Notes: generated by a model not told the origin, from the letters alone. A stretch of 64,000 bases of DNA from Chiloscyllium plagiosum (GCF_004010195.1 NW_025215227.1:1-64000); one strand, 5' to 3'. Counted from the first letter of the stretch, positions 28,183-42,109 are shown. Numbers and translations: made by a program.

Positions 28183-30240
28183 CCATCTGCAAAGTCCACC
28201 TAGTTTCTCCCAAACCACATGATCCTCACTTCTAAAGCACAGAGCCAGCCTCTTAAGCCCACTAATTCAATGCTACTGCTATATATGCCCTTCCTAGAAA
28301 CTATGTCCAACATGGAATGCCTTCCCTAATATCTTCCATTACATCACATACTTTAGAAAACTAAAATAACAAACAGAAAATGGTGAAAATCCATAGCAGG
28401 TCACCAAGTTCGGTTTCAGGTTGATGACATTTTGCCTGCCCTGCTGAGTATTCCCAGTGTGTGATGTTTCTATTTCACATTTTCAGCATCGGCAGTATTT
28501 TACTTGGTTATTAGTGTTTAAAAAGGTTAACATTAATCATACAGTTTAAATGAGCATTCAGTAGCAATTAGGTTGCTGATTTATAAATTTGTGAGCATGT
28601 ACACAATCATATTTAAAGCCAAAAGTATAATCAACACTTCTATACACTTTGTACTATATATTTATTTTATTCATATGTATATAACATACACACACATATA
28701 TAACATATATTATTAGATTTACTTGACCACCATAAATCAGTAACTCTGCTCTACTGCTATGTTACATACATAACATATCCTTTGATTTATTTTGGGCATA
28801 ACCACAGGATGTCTACCAGTTTCCAAGAATTTTAGCACTATCTTTTCAATTAGGGATGCTCAATAAATGTGGGTCACAGTAACAAAGTCATCACTTAAAT
28901 AACTAACAATGAAAATGACCACAGAGAAAACTATCAAACCCTGAAATGTAAATTTACAAAACAGATAGGCTAATAAATATGCAGTCCACTGGATTTTCCT
29001 GTCGCGTTAAGCAAGTAACCAGTCGCTGAAACCAGTTCTGGCATTCACCAAGTCTGGTTAGCACCAGGAGATGCAGCTCCAGTTGCAAATTCAATATCCT
29101 CACTTTAAACTGCAATAAAAATAATGTTATAACACCAAGAAAGATTGAAGTTTGCAGAGGTGGATATTTGCCTATTACTTTGATGTTGGCTTTAGACGCT
29201 GTGGTTTCAATCAGTGAACCAGGTCAGCTTCCTTGCTGAATGGCCATCCGGTCAGGTGACTGTCATTGCAGTTTAGACAATAGAAAAAATGTTCACTAAA
29301 CAATGCTATCATGCATATGTGGCAGTTTCAGCAAAACTGGTAAATCTCAGAAAACAAGGCAGGAATGTCAATGAAAATAACTTTATAGATGGGAAAATAA
29401 CTGCGAGAAAGGAATGTTCTGAAGGGAGAAGCAAAAAGGAAAACTTTAATCTTGAGCCACGTAATTTAATTGTTGAAAGTAAAGCAAATAGAAAATCTTC
29501 ATAAAATTAGCAATAGAAAATTAGAATCCTTATCAAGATGACAGAAAACTTCTGTAACTTAAATAATATTTTATTTTCAAAATGCACTATGTTTGACTTT
29601 AAAAGAAGAATCAGATGTGTTCTTGAAGACAGCAATTCATAGAAAAAAAATTCAGACCTTAGTGAATATGCTTCTTTATTTTCTCTAGAAATCTCACGTA
29701 CAAAAATTAAAATCCTTTATTAACAGACAGTTCAAGAGTCAGTACACTGCTCCAGCATGCTGGACAAGATACAGAACATTTGTTGTTGACATACTACCAG
29801 GATGCAGAAACTTTATTTCCCAGAATCAAAATTACTTCACTTATGTTCCTGATTTGTTTTAAAAAAAAGAATGTCACCTAGCTAGCTGATGTAATTTTCA
29901 ACTTAATATGTTTTCCAAGAATTTTAACGATGGTAGAATATCATGAACAATGAGAATAATGGAAATGGTTACCTCTCTCAAATGCAAGACAAATTGGATC
30001 CTGATCTCATTTGTCTTCTTCACCATACAAATGTTTAGCAGATGTTTGATGAGGATACGAGTTGGGGTCGAAATCACTGACTGACTTAAAGAAATAGAGA
30101 GAAAGTAGATCTGTGACAGTGTCATTCTCTTTTATTTATTTAAATTTAGTTTATTTTGATTATCGAAAATAAAGTTAAATTTAATTGAACTGATACAGTA
30201 TCTTTTGAAATTCCAGACAATTAAGTCTGGTTTACATAAA

Positions 30241-30568
30241 TTAGATTAGATTACATTAGATTAGATTACATTATAGTGTGGAAACAGGCCCTTCGGCCCA
30301 ACAAGTCCACACCGACCCGCCGAAGCGCAACTCACCCATGCTCCTACATTTATCCCTTACCTAACACTACGGGGAATTTAGCATGGCCAATTCACCTGAC
30401 CTGCACATCTTTGGACTGTGGGAGGAAACCGGAGCACCCGGAGGAAACCCACGCAGACACGGGGAGAACGTGCAAACTCCACACAGTCAGTTGCCTGAGG
30501 CGAGAATTGAACCCGGTTCCCTGGCGCTGTGAGGCAGCAGTGCTAACCACTGTGCCACAGTGCTGCCC
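30241..30568 (-). mobile_element. tRNA-derived SINE (HE1-like), near full length, with (TTAGA)n-like tail
   Basis: A box TGGCACAGTGG and B box GGTTCAATTC on the minus strand. Confidence 0.9.
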
Positions 30569-31074
30569 ACTAATCTTCAGGAACAACAAATGGGCTGTAA
30601 TTCTTTTTGTTATAGTGGACTTGTAAATAATGCAGTAATAATAAAGGCCTATACATTTCAGCATCACTAATACTCAAAATTAATTAATCAAATAATTGAT
30701 CAATATTAATTAATAATCTTATAACGCAATATACATTTTTACAGCAAGTATGAAAGACACAAAGGCTCAGATAATGTTTGCCATAGAAAGGGATCTTTAC
30801 TACAGAAAACAAGTCCAACAACCTAATAATACTTGCTTGATTCTCCAATGTTTATTAATTGTACATTCGAAAATCTGCTGCAAGTGGTTCAGCTATTGGA
30901 ATCAAAGTTTTGTACCTGTGCTTTGCAGTTAAATAAGGTAACATATTAACTGAGAGCAGATGTAAATCAATCAGTCCTTTACAGCTGCTCTGTCATTCAA
31001 CAAGATCGTGCCTGACCTAATTGTGGCCTCAACTCCATATACTTGCCCAACAATAACCTTGGAATCCTCCGATA

Positions 31075-31800
31075 GACAAGGGAACTTATGGAGGTTTATA
31101 AAATCATGAGGGGCATGGATAGGATAAAGAGACAAGGTATTTTCCCTGGGGTGGGGAGTCCAGAACTAGAGGGCAGAGAAAGGATGGACACTGCGAATTT
31201 GTTTCCATCAGGCGGGGATACTAGGACCTGTGGGTACAGCCTTAGAATTAGAGGGGGTCAATTTAAAACGAAAATAAAGGGACATTTCTTCAGCTAGAGT
31301 GTGATGGGCCTGTAGAATTCATTGCAACGGAGCACAGTGGAGGCCGGGATGCTAAATGTCTTCAAGGCAGAGATTGATAAATTCTTAATCTCGCAAAGAA
31401 TTAAGGGATACGGGGAGAGTTTGGGTTAGTGGCATTGAAATGCCCATCAGCCATGACTGAATGGCTGAGTGGACTCAATGGGCCGAATTGCCTTACTTCC
31501 ACACCTATGTCATATGGTCTTATTTACAGCGAGTTGGGAAAAATTGAAAAGGGACCTAATGGGGCAACTTTTTCATGCAGAGGGTGGTGCTAGGATGGAA
31601 TGAGCTGACAGATGAAGTGGTGGAGGCAGGTACAATTCCAACATTTAAAAGGCATTTGGATGGGTATACGAATAGTAAGGGTTTAGAGGAATATGGGCCA
31701 AGTGCTGGCACATGGGACGAGATTAGGTTAAGACAACTGGTCGGCATGGACGAGTTGGACCAAAGGGTCTGTTTCCATGCTATACATCTCTATGAATCTA
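31075..31800 (+). mobile_element. CR1 3' fragment with another CR1 3' end nested at about 31176-31525
   Basis: MEVYKIMRGMDR and WNELTDEVVEAGTI are separated by a second CR1 tail. Confidence 0.75.
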
Positions 31801-32504
31801 TATATTTATCTTCTGCTTTCACTGCTCTTTGGGGAAGAGAGTTCCAAAGACTCATGACTCTTAAGGAAAATAACTCTTCTATTTCCATCTTAAATTGAAG
31901 ATTCCTTGTTTTTAAACTACATACCCTAACTATAACACTAGGTAACAGCTGTTCAGCATTCACCTTGTCTAGTCCTTGGAGGATCTTTTATGTCTTAATA
32001 AAGTCAATTAACATGTTAAGACTCTCCATTTCTTTAAAATAATCAGAGTTCCATCCCATTTCATATTCTCAAACTTCTGATAAATCTTTCTACATTGAAA
32101 AACAGAAATGAGATCAGAATCCAATTTGTCCTGCATTTGACATGTGGCAACCATTTCAGTTCTCATTGTTCACGAGACTCTACCTTCATTAAATTTCTTG
32201 GAAAACAGATTAAGATGAAAATTATATTAACTAGCTAGGTGACATCACTAGACTACTTATGTTTTTAACTTTCTTTTTTGAAATCCTAGTCCTATGTACT
32301 ATTACAATGGGACAGCTCCCATTTTCCCTAGTACTGATGCCAGTGCCCCAAGAATCAAAGCCTTTATTTTCTTGACCAACCTCTGAGCCGTACGCCCAAT
32401 TGTCTAATTTTATTTACCCTACACCCAACTTGCTCATGGCTCAGACAACAGTGCCTAGATTACTACATTTGAGGTTCCGGCTTTAAATTTAGTTCCTAGC
32501 TGCT

Positions 32505-34430
32505 TGCATTCTCCCTGGCAACATCCTTGTAAATCTTTTCTGAACCCTTTCAAATGTCACAACATTCTTCTGATTGGAGGGAGACCAGAATTGCACACAA
32601 TATTCCAAAAGTGGTCTAACCAATGTCCTGTACAGCCACAACATGACCTCCCAACTCCTGAACTCAATACTCCGTCCGATAAAGGAAAGCAGACCAAATG
32701 TCTTCTCCCCATCCGATCTACCTGCAACTCCACTTTCAAGGAGCTATAAACCTGCACTCCAAGGTCTTTTTGTTCAGCAACACTCCCTGGGACCTTACCA
32801 TTAAGTATATACGCCCTGCTCGGATTTCATTTTCCAAAATAAAGCACCTCGTTTTTATCTGAATTAAATTCCATCTGCCACTCCTCAACCCATTGGCCTA
32901 CCTGATCGAGATCCTGCTGTCATCTGAGGTAATCTTCTTTGCTGTCCACTACACCTCCAATTTTGGTATCACCTGCAAATTTACTAACTCTACCTCCTAC
33001 GTTCACATCCAAATAATTAAATATAAATGATGAAAAGCAGTGGACCCGGCAGTGACCCTTGTGGCACACCACTGGTCACAGGCCCCCAGTCTGAAAAGCA
33101 ACCCTCCACCACCACCCCAAGTCTTCTACCTTCAAGCCAGTTCTGTATCCATGTGGCTATATCTCCCTATATTCTACATGATCTAACCTTGCTAACCAGT
33201 ATACTGTGAGGCGCCTTGTCAAACACTGATGCAAAATACTCATTTAGTATCTCCCCAATTTACTGTAGTTCCAAACATAGGCTGCCTTGCTGATCTTTGA
33301 GGGGCCCTATTCTCTCCCTAGTTACCCTTTTGTCCTTAATATATCTATAAAATCTCTTTGGATTCTCCTTAACTCTATTTGCCAAAGCTTTCTCATGCCC
33401 CCTTTTTGCTATCCTGATTTCCCTCTTAAGATACTTCTACTGCCTTTATACTCTTTGAAAGGTTCACTCAATCTCTCGTATCTATACCTGACATGTGCTT
33501 CCTTCTTTTTCTTACCAAACCTCAATTTCTCAAGTCCTCCAGCATTCCCTACATCCACCAGCCTTTCCTTTCACCCTAACAGTAATACGCTGTCTCTGGA
33601 CTCTCGTTATCTCATTTCTGAAGGCTTCCCATTTTCCAGTTGTCCCTTTACTGCGAACATCTGCCCCCAGTCAGCTTATCAAAGTTCTTCCCTAGTACTT
33701 CCAAACCTAGCCTTCCTCCAATTTAGAACTTCAACGTTTAGATCTGGTCTACTTCTCTCCATCACTATTTTAAAGCTCATAGAATTAGGGTCGCTGGCCC
33801 CAAAGTGCTCCCCTACTGACACCTCAGTCTCCTGCCCTGCCTTATTCTCAAGAGTAGGTCATGTTTAGCACCTTCTCTCGTCAGAACATTCAAATACTGA
33901 ATCACAAAATTCTCTTCGACACACTTAAGTTCCTCTCATCTAAACCTTAACACTATGGCAGTCCCAGTCTATGTTTGGAAAGTTAAAAATCCCTACCATA
34001 AGCATCCTATTATTCTTACAGATAACTGAGATCTCCTTACAAATTTGTTTCTCGATTTCTTGCTGACTATTGGCGGGGTGGGGTGTCCTACAATACAACC
34101 CCAATAAGGTGATCATCCTTTGCCTATCTCTCAGTTCCACCCAAATACCTTCCCTGGATGTATTCTCAGGAATGTCCTCCCTAAGTACAGCTGTAATGCT
34201 ATCCCTTATCAAAAATGCAACACCCTATCTCTTGCCCCCCTTTCTATCCTTCCTATAGCATTTGTGTCCTTAGCAATATCTCTAATTGCTACCATAACCC
34301 AGTTCCATATTTCTAACCATGCCCGGAGTTCATCTGCCTTACTTGTTAGGCCTCTTACATTGAAATAAATGCAGCTTAATTTGTCAGTCCTGCAAGGTTC
34401 TCGACTTTGTTCCTGCCTGCCTGATTGTTT
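32505..34430 (-). mobile_element. Internally deleted CR1 ORF2 (APE and RT fragments)
   Basis: LSCIYFNVRGLTSKADEL (34209..34448), GIFNFPNIDW (33940..34212) and RT pieces at 32505-33230. Confidence 0.85.
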
Positions 34431-34499
34431 GACTTGGAAAAGGAACAAAATAATACAGAAAGCAAAAAACTACAGATCTGAAAATCTGCACAAACAGCT

Positions 34500-34680
34500 T
34501 TGAAATCTGAAATAAAAACACAAAATGTTGAAAATATTCAACAGGTCAGGCAGCATCTGTGGATAGAGAAATGCAGTTATGTTTCAGTTCTGACAAACGC
34601 TCATCAACCTGGAACATGAACTTTGTTTCTCTCTCTACAGATTTTGCGTAGCTGTTGAGTATTTCCAGCATTTTCTGTTA
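34500..34680. mobile_element. Old fold-back PLE derivative (family C)
   Basis: Imperfect inverted arms (caggtcaggcagcatctgtggatagagaa / ttctctctctacagatttt...). Similar relics near 1090-1210, 28375-28500, 35345-35470, 53375-53460 and 55830-55930. Confidence 0.55.
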
Positions 34681-35832
34681 CAATTAATAAAATTTGGAAC
34701 GTCACCTTCATACTTCAAGTACTGCTAGATGATCTGGAAATTGTATTTACTAAGACACACTTAGCAGAAAATTCTCAGACACAATCCCTCATGGATCTGA
34801 TAGCTAAATCTAGCAAGGGTATTCTGAATGCTCTTAACTGCCTGCTATCCAGAAATAGCAAAATTTGTTGAGGAAAGGATCGAAGTATTCTGCAACACTG
34901 TCCAAGTTCAAATAACCTTCTGAAATGCACAGTTCACACTTAAAGAGATGGCTTAGATGTTCAATATCCTTAAGAGTCATAAAATCTAGCAGGATAAAAA
35001 TCAAAATAATTGTATTGAATAGTGGTTAATACTTTCATTCATGTTAGACATTCAATATAGCTGAAGAGTAACATATGTATTGGAGATAGGCACATTTGTA
35101 AGATGAACCTAGATTGTATTGAAGAATACACGCCTGAAGCCAATGAAATGCTGTATATTTTTAAACAATTTCAAATTCAAATAATGAACTTATGGCCGTC
35201 TTTGCCAGAACTTTGCAGCAGTGAGGTATTTTGCCTGATAGAATTTAGAAACAATGATGAGGAAAACTTATTTTTGGTAGTAATTGAAGGATGAATAGTA
35301 TCCAGGACACTGAAGTCTCAACTCCTGTCTAACTAATATATAAATAAAAACAAAATACTGTGGGTACTGGAAATCTTATAAAATGAATAAGTGCTGGAAA
35401 ACACAGGTCTGACAACACCTGACAGGTAAAGAGCTAATGTGCCAATTCAAATAGACTATTCATCAAAATTTTTTCAGCGCTGTTTTCATCATTCATTAAG
35501 AATGTTTTGGAACATTTAACTTCCCTCTAAATTTGCTGACACATTTCTCACAAGATCTTATCTGAAGAACATTATCTCCAGTCATACAAAATACTTTCAG
35601 TACTATGTTGATCTGTCTGCCAAGAGACGGCATCCAAATCCTACAACAAAGCTTGAACTGACCACTACCTTACACAGTAGTGAATGTTCTACCAAATGTA
35701 CCATAAAGGTGGAGAAGGGGAACAAACTGACAACAATAATTAAAATTGGAATGGTTATGTATAGATCATATCTTTTTATTTTTCTGTTTTTATTTATTGT
35801 GAACTGAAATGGTACTTCTGAAAACCAAGGAT

Positions 35833-36564
35833 TGTCGAGGGACTGCTGCACTTTTTAAAACCAAACTACCAGCCCTTATCTGAAGTTACTTTTGCTTTTA
35901 GTAGAGGTTTAGTTGCAGACAAACTAGCATCAAGGGAGTGTGTTGAAGATGAGATGCAGTCAACAGTAAGTAGGTGTCAGTGACAAAGGCCTTCTGCCTG
36001 CCAACAACTATGTGACTGATTTCCAGGTAGCTGAACAGCTTGTGTGTATAAACAAATTGCCAAAAGCCTTCAGAACTTTGGAAGGGGAGGAGAGGTCTTC
36101 TCTTTCCAGTTAAAAAAAAACAAAAGTCTGAAGAAAGTCAGTTTATCTTTCCTCACCAGTTACTGTAAGCTGTGACTTTTAAACAATGTCAGAAACTTTC
36201 AATTGTGAAATAGTCACTCAGTGCCTCTTGCAAGCAAGAGAGAGAGCAGCAAGCCTGTGGACAGGGACCACTCCCTTTCTCTCTCTACCCATAATATCAA
36301 CTTTGCTTTGTCTGTCTCTGTCTATCCATATATGTTTATAGGATGAAGTTTTATAAGGGGATTAAGAGCGAGATGTTGACAATTCACAATTGTTTACCTG
36401 TAGCTGGTGTCAACTCATGCTCCAGACGTTCTGTTAACTTGGCTCTAAACAAAGTCAGCTAAATGCAGAATTCTGCATACGTTTATAAAATCTTTCACTT
36501 TTGTGACCACTCCAAAATAGCAGGGCTAGAGTTCCAGGGCAAACTACCCCAGTGAGACGTGAAA
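35833..36564. mobile_element. Possible old solo LTR
   Basis: Compositionally distinct block starting TGTC and ending CGTGAAA; no TSD found. Confidence 0.25.
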
Positions 36565-36685
36565 GTTAATTTTCCAATATGGTTTGTTTTATCCATTAAC
36601 GAAAATACAACATGCAGGTTAAGATGAATAATGCATTGCACAACTGATTTGTGAAATTCTAACGTTATAAACAAAATTAATACTT

Positions 36686-37091
36686 GACCCAGATATCCTA
36701 ACCTAAACTCGTCTCATTTGCCAGGACCTGGCCCATATCCCTCCAAACCCTTCCTATTAATATACCCATTCAGGTGCCTTTTAAATGTTAGAATTGTACC
36801 AGCCTCCACCACTTCCTCTGGTAGCTCATCCATACATGCACCACTCTCTGCATGAAAAGGTTGGCCTGTTAGGTTCCTTTTAAATTTCTCCCCACTCACT
36901 GTAAATTTATGCCCTGTAGTTCTGGACTCCCTCATCCCAGGGAAAAGACCTTGTGTATTTACCCTATCATGCCCCTCATGATTTTACAAACCACTGTAAG
37001 GTCACGCCTCAGCCTCCAACATAGCATGGACAAGTTGGACCAATGGGTCTGTTTCGATGCTGTACATCTCTATTAACTTATGACTCTATGA
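36686..37091. mobile_element. CR1 3' end with internal inversion
   Basis: 36686-37020 is on the minus strand; 37024-37091 is on the plus strand and includes the tail. Confidence 0.8.
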
Positions 37092-38199
37092 TAATCACAC
37101 TAAGCATTTTAGCGCAGTTTTTTTTTCTTGAAGTGCAAGATTTTAATTAGGAGAACAAATGTACTCTTTCACTTTGTGATGCATTGCATTGCAACTCTTA
37201 CAGTAAAGAATTTTCAAGTAACAATGTTCTTTTCATTCAACTGTTGAATTTAATCTGAAAAAGGTTGATGACTGTCGACTTCAACTCAGTATATTGTTGT
37301 GTTGATAATCTAACAGAAGAGAATTCAATTTTATAGTGATGTGACCTGTGTTTGTGCAACTACGACCTGATGTGACCTGCAATTCAATTTGTAAGAACAA
37401 AAAGCAACTACCTAGTATTAATTACAAGTGCCAATTCCAATCTACCCATTCTGTTCACAAATACACAGATTTTGTCGGACAGAAATCCAAAGTCTCAGAA
37501 CCTCAGATCAAACCAGAGATATAATTATTTCTCTTAAACTTAATAACAGCCTTCAAAAAAACTTTAAATATGCCTGGAAATGCATTTTGATCATTTCTGT
37601 AACATTGCTAACTAGAACAGTAACAGAAGCATTATTTCACTAAGTTTAAATGTATCAAAACCCTCACAAAAAGCACAGATTTCAGCTGAATCAATTATTC
37701 ACCCATATTCAGGAAAACTAGTGTTTTCCAGCTCAAACTACATACAGCTCATTCCAGTTGACAGCATTTTCATCCCTTACCAGTCAGAACATTGAAAGAC
37801 ATATGCAGGCAACCGAAACTGGCTGTTCAGTACTGTAAAAGGAGGAAATACTGCATCGACAGGTGTCATATTTTGTATCATTGACGAGTAAAGCAGATAA
37901 TTAGTGAGCACTAAGTTTACTTGAAAATCCCATACACATTTAACAGCTAAGATTGCACAGACAACAATTCATACTCCTGCTGCTTCTAGCTTGTTCTCGT
38001 AAACTGCACACACCAGTTGATCATGTGATTTCATCTGGTTCTTGGCTTATTAGTATAGCTATCTCTTCAAGCAGCATAGCTCTAAAAACAATAACAATCA
38101 TCCCCTTCCCCAACCAGAAAAGGTTACATACTGTCCAAGTGAAAATACATAGATATAAGTGCAATGGCAAAACTACTCACAACCATAACTGGCATATTT

Positions 38200-40120
38200 G
38201 AAAGTTTAAAAGTCTGCATTAGGTATGAGTGGTTTCACAGCTCTTTGAGTTCCTATGTTGGTAGAACCTTCCTGAGATTGAGACTTCATAGAGATTGAGA
38301 CTTCATAGGGATGTTCAACTTCGGCTGTGTTGGAATCTTGCATGTTATTAGTGCTGTCCTGCAGTTTTCCACACTTACTGCACCCAAAGTTGATTTCTGT
38401 TTCTCCTCAAAGTTGCTCCATTCAGTGTGTAACTTTTGAGTAACCAAGTTCCCTTTGTAGGATCTATGATTCTAACATTTTGTCCAATAAGTAGACTGAG
38501 CAGTTCTGCACCTGTCGATCATGCATCTTTTCTTTGAGAAGACTGCCCCTGAGATTTTGATCAATTAATGGCTAGGCAAGGTTGTCCTAATTTGCCTTAC
38601 AAACATGATGCCAAGTCCATATCCAGGAGATGCAGCCATTTTGGTATGAGGTTGTTCACGGGTGTCAAAGTCATATCCCTGTACTTTTATATGAAGTTGC
38701 TGTCATCTGGTGGTGGTACTTGACATTTTAAATCACCAAATCATTTCCAATTGTTTACCAGTTTCCACAGTGAATAGCCTACTCAATAAGTAAGCATGGA
38801 ACGTGAGACAAATGCTTCATCCTCTACGTTTGGACAGTTAGGTTATATCTGTGATAAAATTTAATAATCAATTGTTGTAAAACATTCCATATTTTAATAA
38901 TCCTCCAGGTAATCAAATAACTCAAAAGTATCTTCAAATCAAACTTTATTCTTCCATATTGCAATGATCTGTACTCCTGTCGCTTTTGGGAAGCATCAAC
39001 TTCCAAGATTGTCTTCTTCCTTGGGTCATAGCATTGAGATACAAATTTCCTCTGACAATGCTTGTTTGAGTGATTCAAACATATATTGATGGTCCTGCTG
39101 CCATACAGATGGTATATTTTTCCTCAAGAGTTCTTGTAACGATAATGCAAGATAAAAAGAATTGCTATTATGGTGCTAAGAAGTTTTAAACATGCTGAGA
39201 TATTTCTGTAGATCCCCTTTATATTGGGGAGCAAGCATATGTCTTACATCTTCAACTCTGCCTGGGTCAACATTGATTTCATAAACTGAATAGATAAAGC
39301 AAGAACTGCTGATCTGACCGATAAATCACCTGGCACTTCTTGCTGTTGAAAACAAGCTCTTTACAATGAGCTGCTTCATTAAGTGAACAGATTTCAGTCA
39401 TATTTTTCTTTGGTTTGCCCATCATTACAATGACATCTGTCATACATAATTATCCAGTATTGTTTTCTGCAATTCTGTCCAAATACTTCTGGGATAGATT
39501 GTGATTGATAGACAGACTGAAAAATAGTTTCTGCAAGTAATAACTTCCAAATAGTGATCTATTGGTGTAAATTGAAAGTAGTGTTTTCCTGAGACTCCTG
39601 TGTTAAAAAACAAGGGCTGCAGATGCTGGAAACCAGATTCTAGACTAGAGTGGTGCTGGAAAAGCACAGCAGTTCAGGCAGCATCTGAGGAGCAGGAAAA
39701 TCGACGTTTCGGGCAAAAGCCTTTTTCGAGACAGGCAGAGTGCCTGCAGGGTGGAGAGAGATCCACCTTGCAGGCACTCTGATGAAGGGCTTTTGCCTGA
39801 AACGTCGATTTTCCTGCTTCTCGGATGCTGCCTGAACTGGTGTTTTTCCAGCACCACTCTAGTCTAGAACCTGAGATTTCTGTGCAAAGTCACCCAACCA
39901 ATATCAGTATTTGACATCCAGCTTGGTTATGAATTTAGCTTCTGTAAATCTTCAATTTCTCAAACGTGGGAATTTTATGAGTAGCATTATAGAGAACGGT
40001 TAAGATATCATAGGTCTAAACACAATCCAACTGTGTCATCTCTTTCCTGCACTCATTAAATAAAACCGCACCATTCCGTATGCTGATTTACACAACAGAT
40101 AATGCTATGAGGCTCCATGT
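38200..40120 (-). mobile_element. Heavily decayed Ty3/gypsy pol (RT-RNaseH and downstream)
   Basis: YDPRKKTILEVDASQK (RNase H, ORF 38824..39078), LVFNSKKC near 39335-39358 and an LCLD..LN-like motif near 40000-40030. Confidence 0.7.
39603..39869. mobile_element. Fold-back PLE derivative (family B) with hammerhead motif
   Basis: Palindrome 39638-39869. Imperfect 15-bp TSD at 39588-39602 and 39870-39884. CTGATGA-AGGGC-TTTT-GCCT-GAA-ACGT-C at 39779-39806. Confidence 0.85.
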
Positions 40121-41559
40121 CATCGCGCTCGCTTATAAGCTTCTCTTCTATGTGAAGTGCACTTTCTGGGAAGGTCGACTGACCTAATTACCAGCAGTCT
40201 GTCTACAAGCACTTCAGTCCAAGGCTTTAGAAATTCCTCCTTAAACCTCTCTCGCCTTCTTACTCTTTTAAGACACTACTTAAAATTGACATTTCTGATC
40301 AAGCATTTGTTCACCTACTCTCATACATTATATTATTCCCAGTCAAATATTGCTTGAGAATTACAACTCTTAACTTGCCTTGGGGATGTTTCACCATGTT
40401 AAAGGTGACATATTTATTCAAGTTGTTTCTGCTCATTTTTTAAAAATTCTACCTTTCAGTTGTATTCCTGATGCATTGTTTTTCACCGTGAAGGATTTAC
40501 TTGTATTCAAATCTCTCCAGCTTATTTTTAATGCCGATTACCTGCTTCAGAAGTCATGTACAGAAGGATCATAAATTGTGAATTGGTTTTCAAGTTAACG
40601 GTTTTGGAAACATGAACTATCCCATTAACATAGCCTTTGTATGGTTAAATAGCAGCTGTAGCTTTTGAATCAAGTTTCATAAATTATCACAGCTTAAATA
40701 CAGTAACTTCTTGACACTTGGGTTGACAGTGAACTCAGTTTATCTTACAAATTTAACAGTGGAGCAATCTGTGCTAATTCAAATTTCCTCATTGCTACAA
40801 ATTACTTCGTTAATGTATGAATAATAGTATGCACCTTGAATTGTCTGTATTTTTTGCAGCAAATATCGGCCCCTGAGAGCATAAACTGTTTCTACATCAG
40901 GGTCAGTAAGAAGTTAAGAGAATGTTTTACACCAGGAGAATTATTAGAAATGAAACGTTTTGCCACAAGTGACTATTAAGCAATATCACAGAAGCTGTCT
41001 TGAAAAAAATGTTACTAAATATGCGAAAGTATAAAAAGGACAAGGAAATAGAATCTCATTTGATAGCTCAGTTGAAAAATGAGTAACAACACATGCACAA
41101 CAGGCAAATTATTTCCTCCTGTGCTATGACTGTATTGCTGTTCGGAATACCTCCATTTTATAACCAATAATACAAATTTCCTCTGACAATGTTTGTTTAC
41201 GTATTTCAAACGCATGTTGATGGTCCTCCTACCATACAGATGGTTCATTTTTTCTCGACACCATTCAATTCCACACAGAAACATTACCTGTTGTGCTTTC
41301 TACTGCATGAGTGCAGTGAAAAGTTTGAACTGTCACCTCTCAGCCCAATTTTGGGTATAGAGTACCTAGGTATAGATACTTTAAGTGTTGTCACAGAATT
41401 GAAATAGTAAAAAAAATTTGAATGGGAATACAGAGTGTTTAAGTCCAGAATGAGAACAAAGAGTGTCTTTAAAGTACTCAAGTTATTGTTCTTTTCCAAC
41501 ATGAGTCCATGCCCACCACACTTCAGAACGAGATCATGGTGACTCCACACATTGGTTTC

Positions 41560-41800
41560 CGTCCAGGACTCGCTCTGCTCAAGCTTCGGGACTCGGCCTG
41601 CACTTGCTCTGCTGCCACTCCAGATTCTGGCCGTGACTCACTCTGCCCTCCACTCTGGGACTCGGCCTGCTCTACTCCCCGCTCCAAGCTCTGGCCTCGA
41701 TTTGCTCTGCTCCCTCTCCAGGACTTGGCCCAAACTCACTCTGCTGCCACTCCGGGATTCGTTCCATGTGCTCTGCTCTCATCCAGATCCAGCCACAACT
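41560..41800. repeat. Degenerate ~35-bp GC-rich minisatellite
   Basis: Recurring GGACTCGGCC...CTCTGCTGCCACTCC units. Confidence 0.7.
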
Positions 41801-42109
41801 CATCTGTCACCTTGCCTCTGTTCTCCAGAAAGGGGAGGGTAGTTTAAGAAGTTAAAAGTTGGCGGGCGGGGTGGTGGGCAAGAAAAACTGCACAAATAGG
41901 AAAAAGAAGGAAAAGGAACTGGTGAGCAGAGGCCCTCTGACTGGAGCACGCATAGCAAAGGTTTAGAGGGATATGGGCCAACTGCGGTTGGGAAACTTCG
42001 TCGGCATGGATGAATTGAACCAAAGATTCGGTTTTTGTGCTCAATGACTCCAATGATATTCTGGCCACTCAACAACAAGGACAAAACAAATTTTTCTGCA
42101 CTTACTTTA

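Larger units (their letters stand above)
29871..32245. repeat. Diverged ~230-bp inverted pair (29871-30101 and 32022-32245)
   Basis: For example ATGTCACCTAGCTAG vs CTAGCTAGGTGACAT, and GACAAATTGGATCCTGATCTCATTT vs AAATGAGATCAGAATCCAATTTGTC. Confidence 0.85.

Noticed and set aside
30490..30568. tRNA-like sequence with A and B boxes (also 7870-7944)
   Set aside because: SINE heads continuous with SINE bodies; not tRNA genes.
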